Assembly: GCA_000320545.1 (NCBI GenBank)
Contig: ADNK01001981.1
Span: 1-57,196 of the forward strand
Source: Bigelowiella natans CCMP2755
Taxonomy: Eukaryota > Protista > Cercozoa
Direction of reading: 5' to 3'
DNA length: 57,196 nucleotides
Positions 21,647 to 35,737 of the stretch are shown one piece after another. The notes beneath the pieces were generated by a model that was given only the letters and a program-made list of their open reading frames with translations, searched no databases and was not told the origin of the DNA. A program made the position numbers and the translations under genes. Each line of letters begins with the position of its first letter. Within the stretch, counting starts at the first letter, position 1.

Positions 21647-23375
21647 ACTCGTCCACCTCTCCTAGAGTATTTGTGGATATGTTGGTAGTACGTTTTGGGT
21701 TGAAGTAGTATAAACTCCGAAACTACCGAAATACTTGTTCTTTTCCCCTTACCTTTCCTTTTCCTCGAATCAGTTGTCTCCTGCTCCTGACTTCGTTCAT
21801 ATCCCGAGCATTCGTTGTTCCACCAAAATGGGGAAAAAAAAGAGAGCGACGGCGACAGTGGCTACTGACTTGAATATTAAAAACGAAGGTTAAAGTGCCA
21901 TAACCCGTTGATCATTAATTTTCTTTTCTTTTTCTTTAAAATCAATTAATTTGTTTACATAATCGATTTCAACGAGTCTGACGAAATCGATGGGGGAGCG
22001 GATTCTTTGAGAGCGGTTTGGGTACATGAAGTACCAGATTCGATCTCTGCAGATGCTCTCACTTTTCGCATCAGCTCATCTGTCAAATACATAAATTAGG
22101 CTGCGCTACTGGCATGCAAAATCATCGGATGATTTTAAAACAAGATAGAGGAAATGGTGGTCAGAAGTCACATGATAAATTAGAAAAGATAATTAAATGC
22201 CATAGCATGAATTGGAAAAATAAAAATTATGAGAAGGCGCGAAAGCAGCCTGATCCAGCCCTGTGCAAGGATAGTGTTCAATGTACTCACGGAAATGACG
22301 AAGAGAATAATCATTATTTCTTTGATTATGTATCAAATGAAATAGTACGGCAGTGTTTGATCTGTATGGAAGGAGCGGATGATAAGTGTATGGAAGAATG
22401 AAAGTTGCATGTGAATAAAATTACATGCATTTATCAAACGAGCCCAGAGTAACATGATGAACACCACGCTGCGATGGTCACATCTAGACATGCACATGCA
22501 CCTAGGCACAGCAGATTTGTGAGCAACCATAACCATCATGCTCGCTGGTGCAATTATTGCACACGCACACATCACATACAGCCGCGAACCATGCGTTACG
22601 GGTAGGTCACAAGAGGGCAAATCAGAAATCGCAATATCGATCAGTACGACACAGTGCGGCGCTACGTGCTATACCAGTGTGCTGCAACGTAGCATTCAGC
22701 ACACATCGCGACAGCAACAAAAAGTCTTCGATTATAATTCGGCTCTCAATGATGCATGCATGAGGTCAAAAAACTCATTTATGTTGTCTAGTTGTGCTCG
22801 CTTCAAAAAATCAACGTGTGCTGCAACAATGTCACGTTCATTGATTTGCCAAAACTAGAAAAGTTTGCGCGCGCATGTATGTTGCAAATCATCCAGTCGA
22901 CTTCAGTGCACTCATGCCGTTGTGTCCATGTTTGCTCCATGTCTTCATTTGCAGACAAACAGCACATTGTTAATTCAAACATCGGCATCTGTGCACAGCT
23001 CTCCGGCTCCCTGGTTCAAAAATCTAGACAATCTGCGGCCAAAACGGGATGGCAGCATTGTGCAGCAATGTGTGCACTATTACTCGATTGTCTTAAGGGA
23101 TGGCACGCCTCGCAGTGAGGGGTGATTCATCGTCATCAGCCTCACTCAAATCGTTTTTTACTTCCCCTGTGTGTATGTGTGTGTGTATGTGTTAACAATG
23201 TTCAGGACGCGCATGTTGGTGAGAGTGTGATGGACCTTGGATTTTTAATTTCTCTGCCAAACGAGAAAGTATTTTCGACAACTTCCGCGTTCTCTCAAAA
23301 TTAACCTTCATTTCCGACTGAGAAAGGATAATTGAGTCAGGTATCATTTTTGAGGAATAATCTGTAGAACATCAC

Positions 23376-23918
23376 CTTAAGCTCCGACACCTTGGTATTC
23401 TGTACTAATTCCTTCATTAGGACTAGTTCTTTAGTCTTCTGCGAAAGAGATAACTCTAACTCTCGAATTCGGTCGGACAACCTGAAATTGCAATGTATTC
23501 AAGAGAATAATAAATCGAAGGTTTCAAAAAGTTGTATTTCATTTGCAAACCTTGAAACAGACACCATATCGTTGCGCACTGCTTTTAGCTTTCCAAACTG
23601 TTTTTTGCCGTGAACCATCTGTTCAGATTTATCTACTTTATACGAAAGAACACGATGCATCGATATGTCCTTCCTCCTCAATAGGTCAGTGAGCCTATCC
23701 ACTGTTGATTTAAGATCCTTGTTCTCCCGCCGGAGCTTCAAATTAAGCTTCCTGTACTTACTCCACTCCTCTTTCATTGCCTCAACATCTTTCATGTAAC
23801 CACGTGTTGACTGGCTCCTTTTGTTGCTTCCACCCTTTCGACTTCTTCGACTACTTTTGGTTGAGTTGCTGCCACCAATGGTTGGGCCCCATGCCTGTCT
23901 AGGATTTTTCTTCATCAT
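23376..23918 (-). CDS. Coiled-coil protein resembling the IQCE N-terminal region (first two exons; further exons probably at ~21700-22080)
   Basis: YMKDVEAMKEEWSKYRK...RLTDLLRRKDISMHRVL, then after a short GT-AG intron LSDRIRELELSLSQKTKELVLMKELVQNTKVSELK. The pattern recalls IQCE (from memory, not from a search). Confidence 0.5.
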
Positions 23919-24862
23919 GGAGGAAGATGTAGTGGTAGTCGTAGTAGTAGTTGTAGAAGTAGTATTGTTTGGGTGCTTTTACTGCTCCAAGTTTCCACCT
24001 AGTTAGATGATGTCCAGTCAGAAGAAAGAGGGGGAATGCAGTGAGAGAAACGAAAAAAGTCCCTCCCCTCCCTGTTGTTTCAGTATACTCCGTCCAAAGC
24101 ATACGCATACAATTTGACTCCCCTTGACAGTGATGGGCCTCCTAATCTCCTAGACCTATTACTATGTCTCTACAAAAGAAGTAACCGAAAAGCTGGGTTC
24201 GTCTTGAATGAGGTGCTTGTTCTCCCTCCTCCTCCTACTTCCCCAACGAACAGCTTGAGCTTCTTTGATTAATGATGATGATCCACTAGAATTTTATTCT
24301 TGGTAATCAGTGGCCCATAATCACTTTGCAACATTTACAACACTTACAACAACTCGATTCAGGTGCTTACTTCACAACAATTACAACAATGACAAGAACA
24401 ATTACATGCTAATGGCACTTATGTCCATAGTTTCCACATAACTTTCTTCCTAGTGACTAATTGGAAGAAGAGAAGAAAGAAGAAGAGAAGAAGGACAACA
24501 GCAGCAGCAGCAACAACAATTAGGAAATATTCCCGAAGGAAAGAAGAGAGGAAAAATGTGTGAATAATAATACCATCCGTCTCCGTGGTACTGTTAATTT
24601 CCCTACAAGTTCTAGGAACTGACAAGGGGTCCCATTCGAGAAACATGATGAACGGCAGGCATCTCTTATCCCTTATCATGAGCAAGAACAAGGTTCTTGA
24701 TCAACTTATCATATTTATATTTATATGCTTCTTTTATTTTTATCCTCCACTTAAATTGCACTTGTGAAGCTCTGCGCACTGTCGAATCCGATCTTTCGCA
24801 ACTCTCTATTCCTACTACTTGCTTTGCAATTCATAATCACCGCACTCTTCTTCCAGGTCACG

Positions 24863-26188
24863 ATGGAGAGCGAAGAAGGAGCAGAAAGCAAGAAGAAAAC
24901 CAATTTGAGGACAGCTGAAATGACAGCTAGTATTCGAAGGAGAGCAAGGGAAGGAGATGAAGGAGATCATTTAGGCGGTGATCTCAGCCTTAGAAGCCAG
25001 CAGAGGGGAAATAACTATGGAGACGGGACGGATGAAGACGAGGACGATGACGATGACGAGGATAGTGAAGAAGAAGAGGACATCCATGATCGATATGGCA
25101 AGGTATCGTTATTACGCATCATTTACAAATAGGTGGTGCTTCAGATAAATAAATCGCACTTGCAATGATGGTGGGATAAGTACTGTTTAGAGCGAGGCCA
25201 TGAAATAATATAACGTATCTTTTGTGAAAGATAAAAGAGCCAATACCCTAAATTTCGCCCCTCCGCTGATTTGCTTCTTTCCCATTCTATACTAAAATGG
25301 AACAAGGTTCTACTTCCAGGGTGTGCGAACACCTATTCTCTTCCAACAGAGGATAATGGAGTCAACAATCCTCTTGAAATCATCACGAAGGTTAGTTAGG
25401 AAGTTATTACAGTAAGTAGATTCGCTCTAACGTACTGGCTGCGACATTATGCTGTTTTTACTACTACTTACTAAGATCGGAACCTGTGTTCGTCCAACCG
25501 ATATGAAGTACCAACGACTAGTGGGTAGATCGAAAGAGCTGCTTTGTTTCGCCTTGAGGAAGGGGAGTATTCGGATTCTAGACCTCAACAGCGGTTGGTA
25601 GTATGTAATATATATCAGTTATTGATTTAGTGAGAGTGTAGAGGTGAACAACCAGGTACTGATTGGCAATCAGCACAAGCAGCACAAGCAGCAAGCAGCA
25701 GTAGTGCTAGCAAACGGCTGCTCAAGCTTGTGTCTGCTGCAAATCCAAACATACGTCTGTTACCTTTTCACTGTCTTTCATTTTAATTTTATTATTTTTA
25801 TTATTTATGACATATTTTTGTCACAGAAATAAAAAGCGTACTGAAGGGGAGCGGTTCCGAGGTCATAGACCTTTCATTCCGTCCTAACATTGTTGTCGAA
25901 ACATCTAGCAGCGGCAATAATAACGAGGACGACGAAGGAAAAGAAGAAGACGAAGAAGAAGAAGAAGAAGATGTCCGTTTCCTTGCGAGGTACTACAACT
26001 TGTGATTTTCCTAGCTATTGATTACAGCACTTAAGTAGTTTATAAAGCAGGCAGCAAGCCATAGTACAGTGAAATAAAGAGCATATTGGAAATACTGTTT
26101 TCTGATTGTGCTTTGTTTCGTGCACTCACTCCACATATAGTAATAGTACACAAATACAAATACATATACATCACACGTGTACTCTACT

Positions 26189-26219
<31 letters not shown>

Positions 26220-26878
26220 AATCTACTATCTTCTTTCTGACGGACTTCCTGTTTGTTGTAATAATAGCGTGACCAAGGATGGATCCTTGCGCATTTTCAG
26301 GTCGTAGTAGTGCCAATAAATCTTTAGACGGTTGTTGCATTTAACTGATCGATCAGAGATATTCTTATGAAAATATATAGCAAATTCTTCCGTATTCAGA
26401 CGTTGATCGTTGAATTATTGTATTGGATGATTCATCGTATAATTATTAATCTTATATTCCAACACCTTATGTATGCATGTATGTATGTACAGTTTGCTGC
26501 GTGATGAAAACCAATTGAATTCGTCGTTGGAGTTATTCAAGAACAACGATGACAACGGCAACACCTCCTATACTGGATTTGATTGGGCTCCACGACTACA
26601 AGGTTGTGGTGTTAAACGAGAAAAAGGACGAAGCGATGATGCAATTACTGACATCGATGACAACGATAATAACGCACCTAAGTTGGTGGCCGTATCTCCA
26701 TTCTCGTTGGATATTTGGAAAAGAAAAACGAGGGGTGGTGAAGAGGAGGGGGCTGATGATGCTGGTGGTGAAAAGGAGGGCCAGGTCATCCTTGTAGTAG
26801 TAGTAGTAGTAGTAGTATAACAGTGGTATGTAGTAGAACTTACACTTGCTGCTGCTGCTGCTGCTGCAACTATTGTGC

Positions 26879-26919
<41 letters not shown>

Positions 26920-27623
26920 TTGGAATTTGTATTCTCCCTCCCCTCTTCTCACCCGCACACACATGCACATAGGTTGAATGGGGGTGCGAGCAGTTGTACC
27001 ATTGCAAAGATGTTGGTAATGAAGAAGAAGCTAAGTCAACAATTTTGTGCGCGACATTTTCTGGTGACGGGTCCAAAGTTGTTTTGATCACCAGCGACAA
27101 TCAGGTTAGGTTACATGTATGGTATTATTATTATTATTATTATTAGTGGTAGTAGTAGTAGTAGTAAATAGCGGTAGTGGCTATTAATGAGAGAGAATGC
27201 TCTGTCTCTTCCCAGGGTGGTACTCGTAGTCGTAGTGGGAGTATTATCCTTGCTTTCACACATTATTGTATAAAGTTCAACTTCAAAACAATGAAAATGT
27301 ATTTATTGCTTTGGTGGTGATGTAGATTATTGACAAATCTACTATAGAATCTCGCACCAAGATTAACAGACTATCATCTTCTTCTCCTTGTCCATCTTTC
27401 AATTATCATCCAATATGTAGATCATCGTACTAGAAGCAGGCAATGGTGAGGTAATAGCGAAGCTGGATGTGCAGCAGCAGCAACAGGTAGACGGTGGCTA
27501 CAATGGAGGAGAAGGAGGAGGAGGAGGAGGAGGAGGAGGAGGAGGAGAAGAAAATAGGGATGATGAGGGAGGGGAGAACCAAGAAGAAGGTTCACACTTG
27601 GAGAAGGCCTACATCAGGATCTT

Positions 27624-27656
<33 letters not shown>

Positions 27657-27767
27657 GCCTTCTTCTTCTTCACCGATGGTGATCATTGCGGTGATGACCC
27701 TTGAGACGGGGAGGACTATCGTTCAGGTTAAACCCCGACTAATTTCGGATTTATTTCGTCGAGAAAG

Positions 27768-27810
<43 letters not shown>

Positions 27811-30800
27811 CAAATTGGTTCTGCTGCTTCCTATTGCTTTTCAGATGTACGAATTAAGAAATAAGATCGTATCGTCACCAGGCGGCTCGGAACACGCGCT
27901 TGAAGAAGGAGCGTCTGCTGCATCATCAGCACCGTCGCCTTTGCTCACAATTTGTTCCCAACTTATTATTTTTCCGGGACTACAACAATTGAGGATTACA
28001 TCTGCTGCTTTGTGCTGCAGTAGTAGTAAAAGTAGTGGTAGCAATGAGGAAGGAAAGAGATCATCATCATCATCATCGTCTCTACCATCACCAGAAGAAG
28101 GAGTAGAAGGGTTCTTATTGATAACGTATACTGCCGATGAACCCCAAGACTCTCCTGATGATAACGGCGTCCTTGTGCTACATGTAACCGGTGGTGGTGG
28201 TGCTGCTGGTGAGAACAGCTTGAAGAACAAGACTAAAGCAGCAGCTCTTGGATCTAAGAGGAGGAGGAGTTGTCGTCAAATGCCGCAATTCGACTATCTG
28301 ATGCCTTTTAGGTAATACTCAGTTCTGATTCATGCTTCTTTCAGAGAGAAGAAAGGAGGAGCAATGATGATATAAATGATGCTGCTGCTGCTGCTGCTGA
28401 TGATGATGATGATGATTGTGACCATGGAGGAAAGCTTAAATCAAGCAGCAGGAGTGTGTATTAGTAGTATGTATGTCATTAGATTTAGGGGGTAAGATAA
28501 TGGGATAAATGTAGTAGGTGATAACTCATTCATCATAATAATAAGATTATGATGATGATGATGATTATTATTAGTAGTATTATCACTAAATACATAATAA
28601 CTATTTCAGTGTATATTGTTTGTATGTTTGAAATCAGCTGCCAAATGAAGCTACCAATCGAAAGTGCCTTCGGAAGTTACAATGCAGACAATGAAGAACT
28701 AGCCCTATATTGTGTCCACACAAAACCTGTCATTGCTTACCATATCAATCGCAGCGACATCTACAAACAACGAAAGAATATGGAGGATGATCCTCCTATT
28801 TCAAATACTACAGGAGGAGAGGTAGTAGAAGTAGTACTAGTAGTAGTAGGAGGAGGAGGCGAAGACGGCAGCAGTCTATTAGAGCTGTGGTGTAGCAGTA
28901 ATACTATATGATGATGATGATGATGATGACGACAATGAATTTTTGTTCATCAATAGGTAGACAATAATTATAGCAGCATATTTCCATAAATGTTTGTGTT
29001 TGCGTTGGTCGAGACGGGAGGGCTGGTGATTTGATGGAGATATAATACATTCTCATCATGAATTATGATTCTTGAGATCTTTCTTCTTGAAAACTACCGC
29101 CAGTCATAATCAACTAATTCATGATTATCAACTAAACTTAGAACGTGGTATCTGCTACTACTGGTGCTGGTGGTGATAATGGTGCTTATAATGCTGCTGC
29201 TGATGAGAAGAAAGCTGCTACTGTGCTACTCACAGAACTGCCAGCATTTAATAATAAATCCGTTGGTGAAGAAGGAGAAGAAAACGATGGGATGGTGGTG
29301 GTAGTTGAGGAGAAGGCTGCTGGTATTTCCCCCTCTTCTTCTTCTTCTTCTGGCAAAGATGATGCAAACATGCTGCCCCAGCCCCATGCTACTACAGCTG
29401 CTCCTACTGCTGCTGCTGCTGCTTCTTCTCCAGAGAGTACTGGACGTCTGGTAGGGATACATAGATGATCATACAGGATATTATGATCAATAAAATAAAA
29501 TATGATGTTGGTATAAATACTTCCTCGAGACAATTAAGGTCTAACCCAAATATAACAACGTACGTAGGTACTTCTCGATAACGACGATGATGACGAAGAT
29601 GAGGAAGAAGAGAAACAAGTAGAAGTAAAGAAAGAGGAGGAAGAAGCGCAGCACCGAATTGCAGTGGATGATAGAGCTGGTGAGCAAAGAAACGGTCCAG
29701 CTGAAAATAATGATGATGATGATGACGACGATGGGAATCAACCATTTGTTGTTCAAATCGAAACAGAGGGGAAGGAGAAGGAGCAACTTGAGAAGAAGGA
29801 GGAGGTTAACTATGACGACAACGACGACGAAAAGAAATTATTATCGGGTGGTAAGAATGAGGAAGGATCAACAACAACAACTACTACTACTGAGACTGTT
29901 GCCAGGGTCGTCGGATTTAATGACAACACTGTTTCTTCTCCCCCAAACGGTGAGAATTTAGCAATTGTTGAAAGAGTAGAGGAAGAGGAGGATGGTGATA
30001 ATAATAATGATAATAATAATAGTAACAACAGTGAAGCAGTCGCTTCAGACGATGTATTACTAAAGGACAGGGAAGAACATGAAGATGACGACGATAATAG
30101 TTATGAGATGGGTCATGTCGCAGCAGGTGCTGTGAATACTGAGGCGACAGTGCAAGCTTCTGCTGCCACTGCGACTACTATTACGAAGGAGGAGAAGGGA
30201 AAAGAAAGTGACGATGAATGTGTTGATAAAAGTATGGTCACAGAAGTGACACCTCAGCAACAGCAACAGCAACAGCAGAAGGGTGAGGAGGAGGAAAATG
30301 TAGCGAACAAGCATGAAGAGGAGGAGCAACATGAGCGCCAACGGCAGCAGCAGTCAACACTGCAAACAGCAGCAGCAGCAGCAGAAATAGATGGTAAAAC
30401 TTCAAAAGAAGATGAAGAACAGGGAAGGGAGCCTTATGTTGTTCTGATCGACGATGAGGAGGATATAAATGAAACAAAAGGAAACATTCAAGGGGATTCC
30501 ACAGGTGCGACTACAACGGCAGCGTCGACAAAGTTATCGTCACCGTTGTCATCATCAGGAGGACGTTCTTCTTCCTCTTCTTCTTCCTTCTCCTCCAGTA
30601 TTGATCATAATACGGCAAGTATCGTAAGGCATATCGATGGTATGATTAAAGAGCGGTTTCAAGAGATACAAAACAAGATGGCAACGGAATATGCACGTAG
30701 AAATCGTGCATGGGAGGCTAAGACAATGGTCAGTCAGTCGCTCGTCATAATCGTACTTATTATCTTATGTATGGTCAAATCATGATGCGTGAGTAGTGGT

Positions 30801-31901
30801 AGTAGTAGTAGTAGTAGTAGTAGCAGCAGCAGTAGTAGTACTTATCATTACTAACCATCATCATCATCAACAGCATGATCACAGTCACTATTGGGTTATA
30901 AGCTTACTTGCTACTAATTATTGCGTGATGCACAGAAAACACTGAGCAGTGCTCTAGCAATGTTCCAGCAGCAGCAGCAGCAGTCTTCTTCTTCTTCTTC
31001 TTCTTCTTCTTCTTCTTCTTCTTCTTCCCGACATGATGCTGCTGCCACGGCAGAAGAAATTGGGTTCCATGTCAGCCAGCGAGTACTTCCACAAATAACA
31101 CACACGCTACATAAGGTACGTACGTAGTAGTAATAGTATTAATAATAAGAAAAAGTGAACAAGGAGAGAATAAAGTACTCTTGTATTTTCTAATATGCTG
31201 TTACTCCTCCTCTGCTAGGATTGATGCTACTGCCACTGCTTGAATATCCATGATATTCTCTCTTTCTCTTTCTCTTTCTCTTTGTTTCTTTGTTTCTTTC
31301 TTCTGCTCCCTCCCTCCCTCATTCCCTCCCTCCTTCTCCTTAGGCTGTAAACGAGGCCATGGGTCGTTCTCTACTCCCTGCATTATCTCACCAGATAACA
31401 CATCAAATAGGATCTTCGCTTGCTCAGGTGGATTTCAGGCATGCTATTTCGTATGCTGTGCAACAGGCAACAGAGGAACTTAATAAGAAGAACAAGGAAA
31501 CAATATCATCATCACAAAATGGAGATTCAGCAAAGCAAATGAAAGAACAGCTTGATGTAGCGGCATGCTTGAAGGAAAGCGTGCATGATACATTCCAACA
31601 ACACCTTATACCATCGATTGAAAAATCGACAAGGATGCTCTTTGGCCAGGTGGTAAAAGCCTGTTACTACTACTACTACTACTACTACTACTACCACTAC
31701 TACTACTACTACCACTACTACTTCAGTATCATATGTAATGTAGTAAATTGTGGCAGTAGTGTTTAGTAGAAGTAGGACAACGGGAAAGAAGAAGAAGAAG
31801 AAGAAGAAGAAGAAGGAAAATAAAGGGTTGGTGGTAACAACAAGATGAGGATAATGTTGTGATGATACTGGTGTATGAGTACAACGAAGCTAAGGAATTC
31901 G

Positions 31902-31932
<31 letters not shown>

Positions 31933-33800
31933 AATGATAATAATGGGTGATGGATGTTTTTTATGTCTACTACTACTTCCGTGGTGTTAATAGAGCAGTT
32001 GGTATTTATTTTGCTCTTCCTTCACTCTATTCCTATCAGTGGTGTTCTTATTATCCCGTTCCTTCCCCCACCTCTCCTCCTCCTCCTCCTCCTCCATCCT
32101 CCTCCTCTCCTCTCCTCTCTTCACATCTATTGCTACTACCACCAGGTTGACCGGCAGCTGCAACAGAAAATAGCATCACAGCATGAACATCTCTTTAAAA
32201 CTTTCAAGTCGGAAGTGAAACAACTTAAATCACTACGAGAAAAGCTCGACAAGCGTATGGCCCACTTGGAGATCAAAATGGCAAATATATTAGCAGTCAC
32301 AGCAGCAGCAGGAGGAGGAGGAGGAGGAGGCGGCTCCTCCTCGGCTGCTAATCGGTCGTCTGCGACAAAAGGAGGAGGAGGAGGAGGAGGAGGAGGAAGA
32401 AGAAACAGCAGCGGCAGAGTACATAAGAAATCGTTATCCGCAGCAGAAGCAGCTGCAGCATCCCTGGCCTCTCTGCAGCGATCAATATCAGAGAAAATTG
32501 CAAAGAAAGAATACAAAGAGGCCTTCGTTGATGCTTTGAGGGGACGTCATCAAAAAGCGTTGATGTACCTATGTGAAAGGATAAATCCTGATCAGGGAGG
32601 CCTTCTGTTGAATCAGAGGTAGGTATGATGATGGTGATGTTTATGATAATGATGATGGTGATGGTTATTATGATAATGATCATTATGAGAATGATTATCA
32701 TGATGGCTGCTACCGATCAGATTTGGCCTCTCACAGAATATAGTTCTATCTCTTGTCTCCCAGGTAGTAATAACTATTGCGACGATGATAATGATGTAAT
32801 TATGAATGATCAGCATCCTGAGATTCTATGCCCGCCTATCAGACGTAGATCAAACAGCAATATAGAGTTGCATCATCATCTGTGTGTGTGTGTGCATGCT
32901 TGTGTAATTGGTTTTCTCTCCTCCTCTTTCTCCTCTTCTTCCTCCTCCTCCTCCTCTTGCAGCTAGGAGCTTCCCTTGGTCATGAGACAAGTACACGGTT
33001 GATGTGGTTACGACACGCTATTGCTGGAATAAAAGAGTACGTTGAGTACTAGTAATAGTAGTAGCTAATGTTTAATTGCAAACAAAGTAATGTTTGGAGC
33101 TATTAGGAAGGAGAAATAGCAACTGATAGCAGAGAATATTTATCATTTGATAGCAATAGTCGACATAGACAATGATGTAGAAGTATTCAACTATTACTTG
33201 TGGTAGTAGCATAATGCAATAAAATCAACGTTTCATATACACTGCACGTATACGCACTAATAGTCGTTCTTTTGATACTATAGTCTAAAGTCATCGAAAC
33301 ATACGCTAGGAGTAATTAAAACAGTCAGGTGGGATGATGGTGATGGTGATAATGATGATGATGATTATGATAATTATGATAATCGTGGAGTTGAGTCAGA
33401 AGATTCGATAGAGAATAATAATGAAGTGAATACAAACTGTGCATCACCAGCATTATCTTAATCATCATTATTTCCAAATATCAACATGATTCTGCAAGAA
33501 TATCATTAATTCCTTGCAAAAGACTACTACTAGATTGATTCAGTAATAATTACTATACTTTTTTAGGAATAATTTGGAAAGATTGAAAAATGTATCATTA
33601 CCATCACCTTCTTCTAATGCTCCATGGAAGCATCGTGATCGTTATGCCTTGGTAACATGGGATGATGTGCATATATAATATTTTCCGATTGTAGATTGAT
33701 AATATGGTTGTCACCACATGTCATTAAGTAGTACCATAGTAATCTTAATGTAATCTGTCAGGTTCTTCAAATATATACATTTTTATACATGTACATATTT
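24863..33800 (+). CDS. EDC4: Enhancer of mRNA decapping 4 / Varicose homolog (multi-exon; ends approximate)
   Basis: Spliced peptides LCFALRKGSIRILDLNS-IKSVLKGSGSEVIDLSF and LAS-VTKDGSLRIF (N-terminal WD40). C-terminal LKESVHDTFQQHLIPSIEKSTRMLFGQV-VD, ISEKIAKKEYKEAFVDALR...LMYLCERINP and RLMWLRHAI match EDC4/VCS motifs. Confidence 0.8.
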
Positions 33801-34049
33801 AACATATTCAATTACATACATACTCTAAACCTGCCCTCCCTTATCCGCGCGATTTCTTGTTCCCGATATGTTTTATCATTAGGTGTTGTACGAGTTGTCC
33901 ATGCTTTCAACCCGATGATGATAGTGTTTCCTGACAACAAAAAAGTGTATAGTACCTGCCACAACTTTACACGATCGAACTTTAGACACAGTGTACACTG
34001 CACACATAATACACGCAATGTGCACATTCTAAACTTTGTCTAATGATAG

Positions 34050-35095
34050 ACAGTGTACACTGCACATGCAATGTGTGTACAATGCATGTATGTTATACAC
34101 TTTGAAGCACGTGCGAACAGAACTGCCAAATGGCACAGCGACAAGGTTGCAGGGCTAGAGGGGCTTTGCAGCTATGACCAATGTGTGAGTCATCGCATTG
34201 TCGTGTTGCTGCTGTGAACAGGCATGTGCACATGTGCCTAGTTGTCGCAACGCCAATGTGGACATGACTAGCTAGCTAGATGAAGATAGTACACAACTCC
34301 GCCCACGCTCCAACGTACATGCTCGAAGAGCAGAGCAGCCATCCATGCAACAATGAGCAGTGTTGGAATGGCTACTACGAGCAGCTAGCGCGTTCTAGCG
34401 TTGCGCACACAATCATTTGAGAAACTGGACAAACAAAGAAACAAAGCTGCATCGAACGCAGCAATCTGCAATGCCAACATGATTGATGAGCGAGCTCTGG
34501 AGCCAAAAAATGAGCACAATGCTAGAATGCAAGCCATCTGTGCAACACCACTCTAGCACTGACACAGCTAGAGAGCTCTCACTAGCTCAGCGAGCTCTGA
34601 ACCAGAGAAACTCCAGTCACTTGGACCCCCAGCACACCAGCCACAATGAACACTCCAGCACTTGCTGATTAGATCGTTGGTTTGCACTGTCACACCTCGA
34701 CTAGTCGACTCTTTAGTGCTGCTAGACTGGCTAGCTGGCAAGGTTGTGCTAGACATGCTAGCATGCTCTAGATGCTGGCACGCTAGCACGCTAGCTAGCT
34801 AGCATGCACGTGTGCGCGTGCGTTGAACTGACTGGCGATGAACGAACGATGAGGCAGGGACGTGCCAGCACAGTTCGCTCAAGAGACATGGAGTCTCATG
34901 GACATCGCACCACTGCGTTTCCGATCGATAACGGAACCAGGGAAGGGGGGAGAGGGGGACAAACGGCACGTCTCTTCTGCCACGCTGGCACGCACCGTTC
35001 CTTTGTTCTCTTTTCCAGTCTTGTGCTGAACTTCCACCCTCACTTTTCTCTGATTGTGCGCACCAGCGCACACGTGTCTGTCTGTGTCTGTGTCT

Positions 35096-35138
<43 letters not shown>

Positions 35139-35700
35139 CGCGCAAACACGTTCATGCCAGCATGGCACGTCTGATTGCGCAGCAACATGCCAGCATGACC
35201 CAACTAGCCAACCTGTTCAGCCATGCACACTCCACGTGCATCTTGGGATCATGAATGGCTCGTGTCTGAGGTTTTTTGGCACGTGCAGACAACAGGCGTG
35301 ACACAAGCATGCAAGCGCTGCAGCCACTCCAGCACTGCTTTGCACAGCTGCATTGGAGTGACCATTGAAAAGATTCAATCACTTCATCACGTCTGTCTCG
35401 TGCAGCTGTGCGGCTCGATTTGGATGGTTGAACGGGATCGAAGCTGGCGAAGGGAGGCAATTTCAGACAAATCTGGAAATCTGTGCCTCATGCGCCATCT
35501 TTGTGTTTGCATCAATTTGTCCATCTTTGACAAAACACAATTCAGGCCGATGATAAATCCAATCCCGGGATTGCAACATGGAATGCCGGGCATAATGCTC
35601 ATTATTGTCGGAGATTGTTGTTGTAGAACCATTTCGATCAGCAGCACAAACCTTTGATTCATCTTCTGCTTCCTGCACTGCGCTCGCATGCATGCATCTT
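34050..35700. other. TA-depleted / CTAG-rich intergenic island 1
   Basis: Remaining TAs are almost all in gctagc/ctag/cta. 34800-35700 is nearly TA-free and TGCA/CATG-rich. Confidence 0.75.
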
Positions 35701-35737
35701 CGATATTCTTTTAATTGATGACTTAAACTTCAAAATC

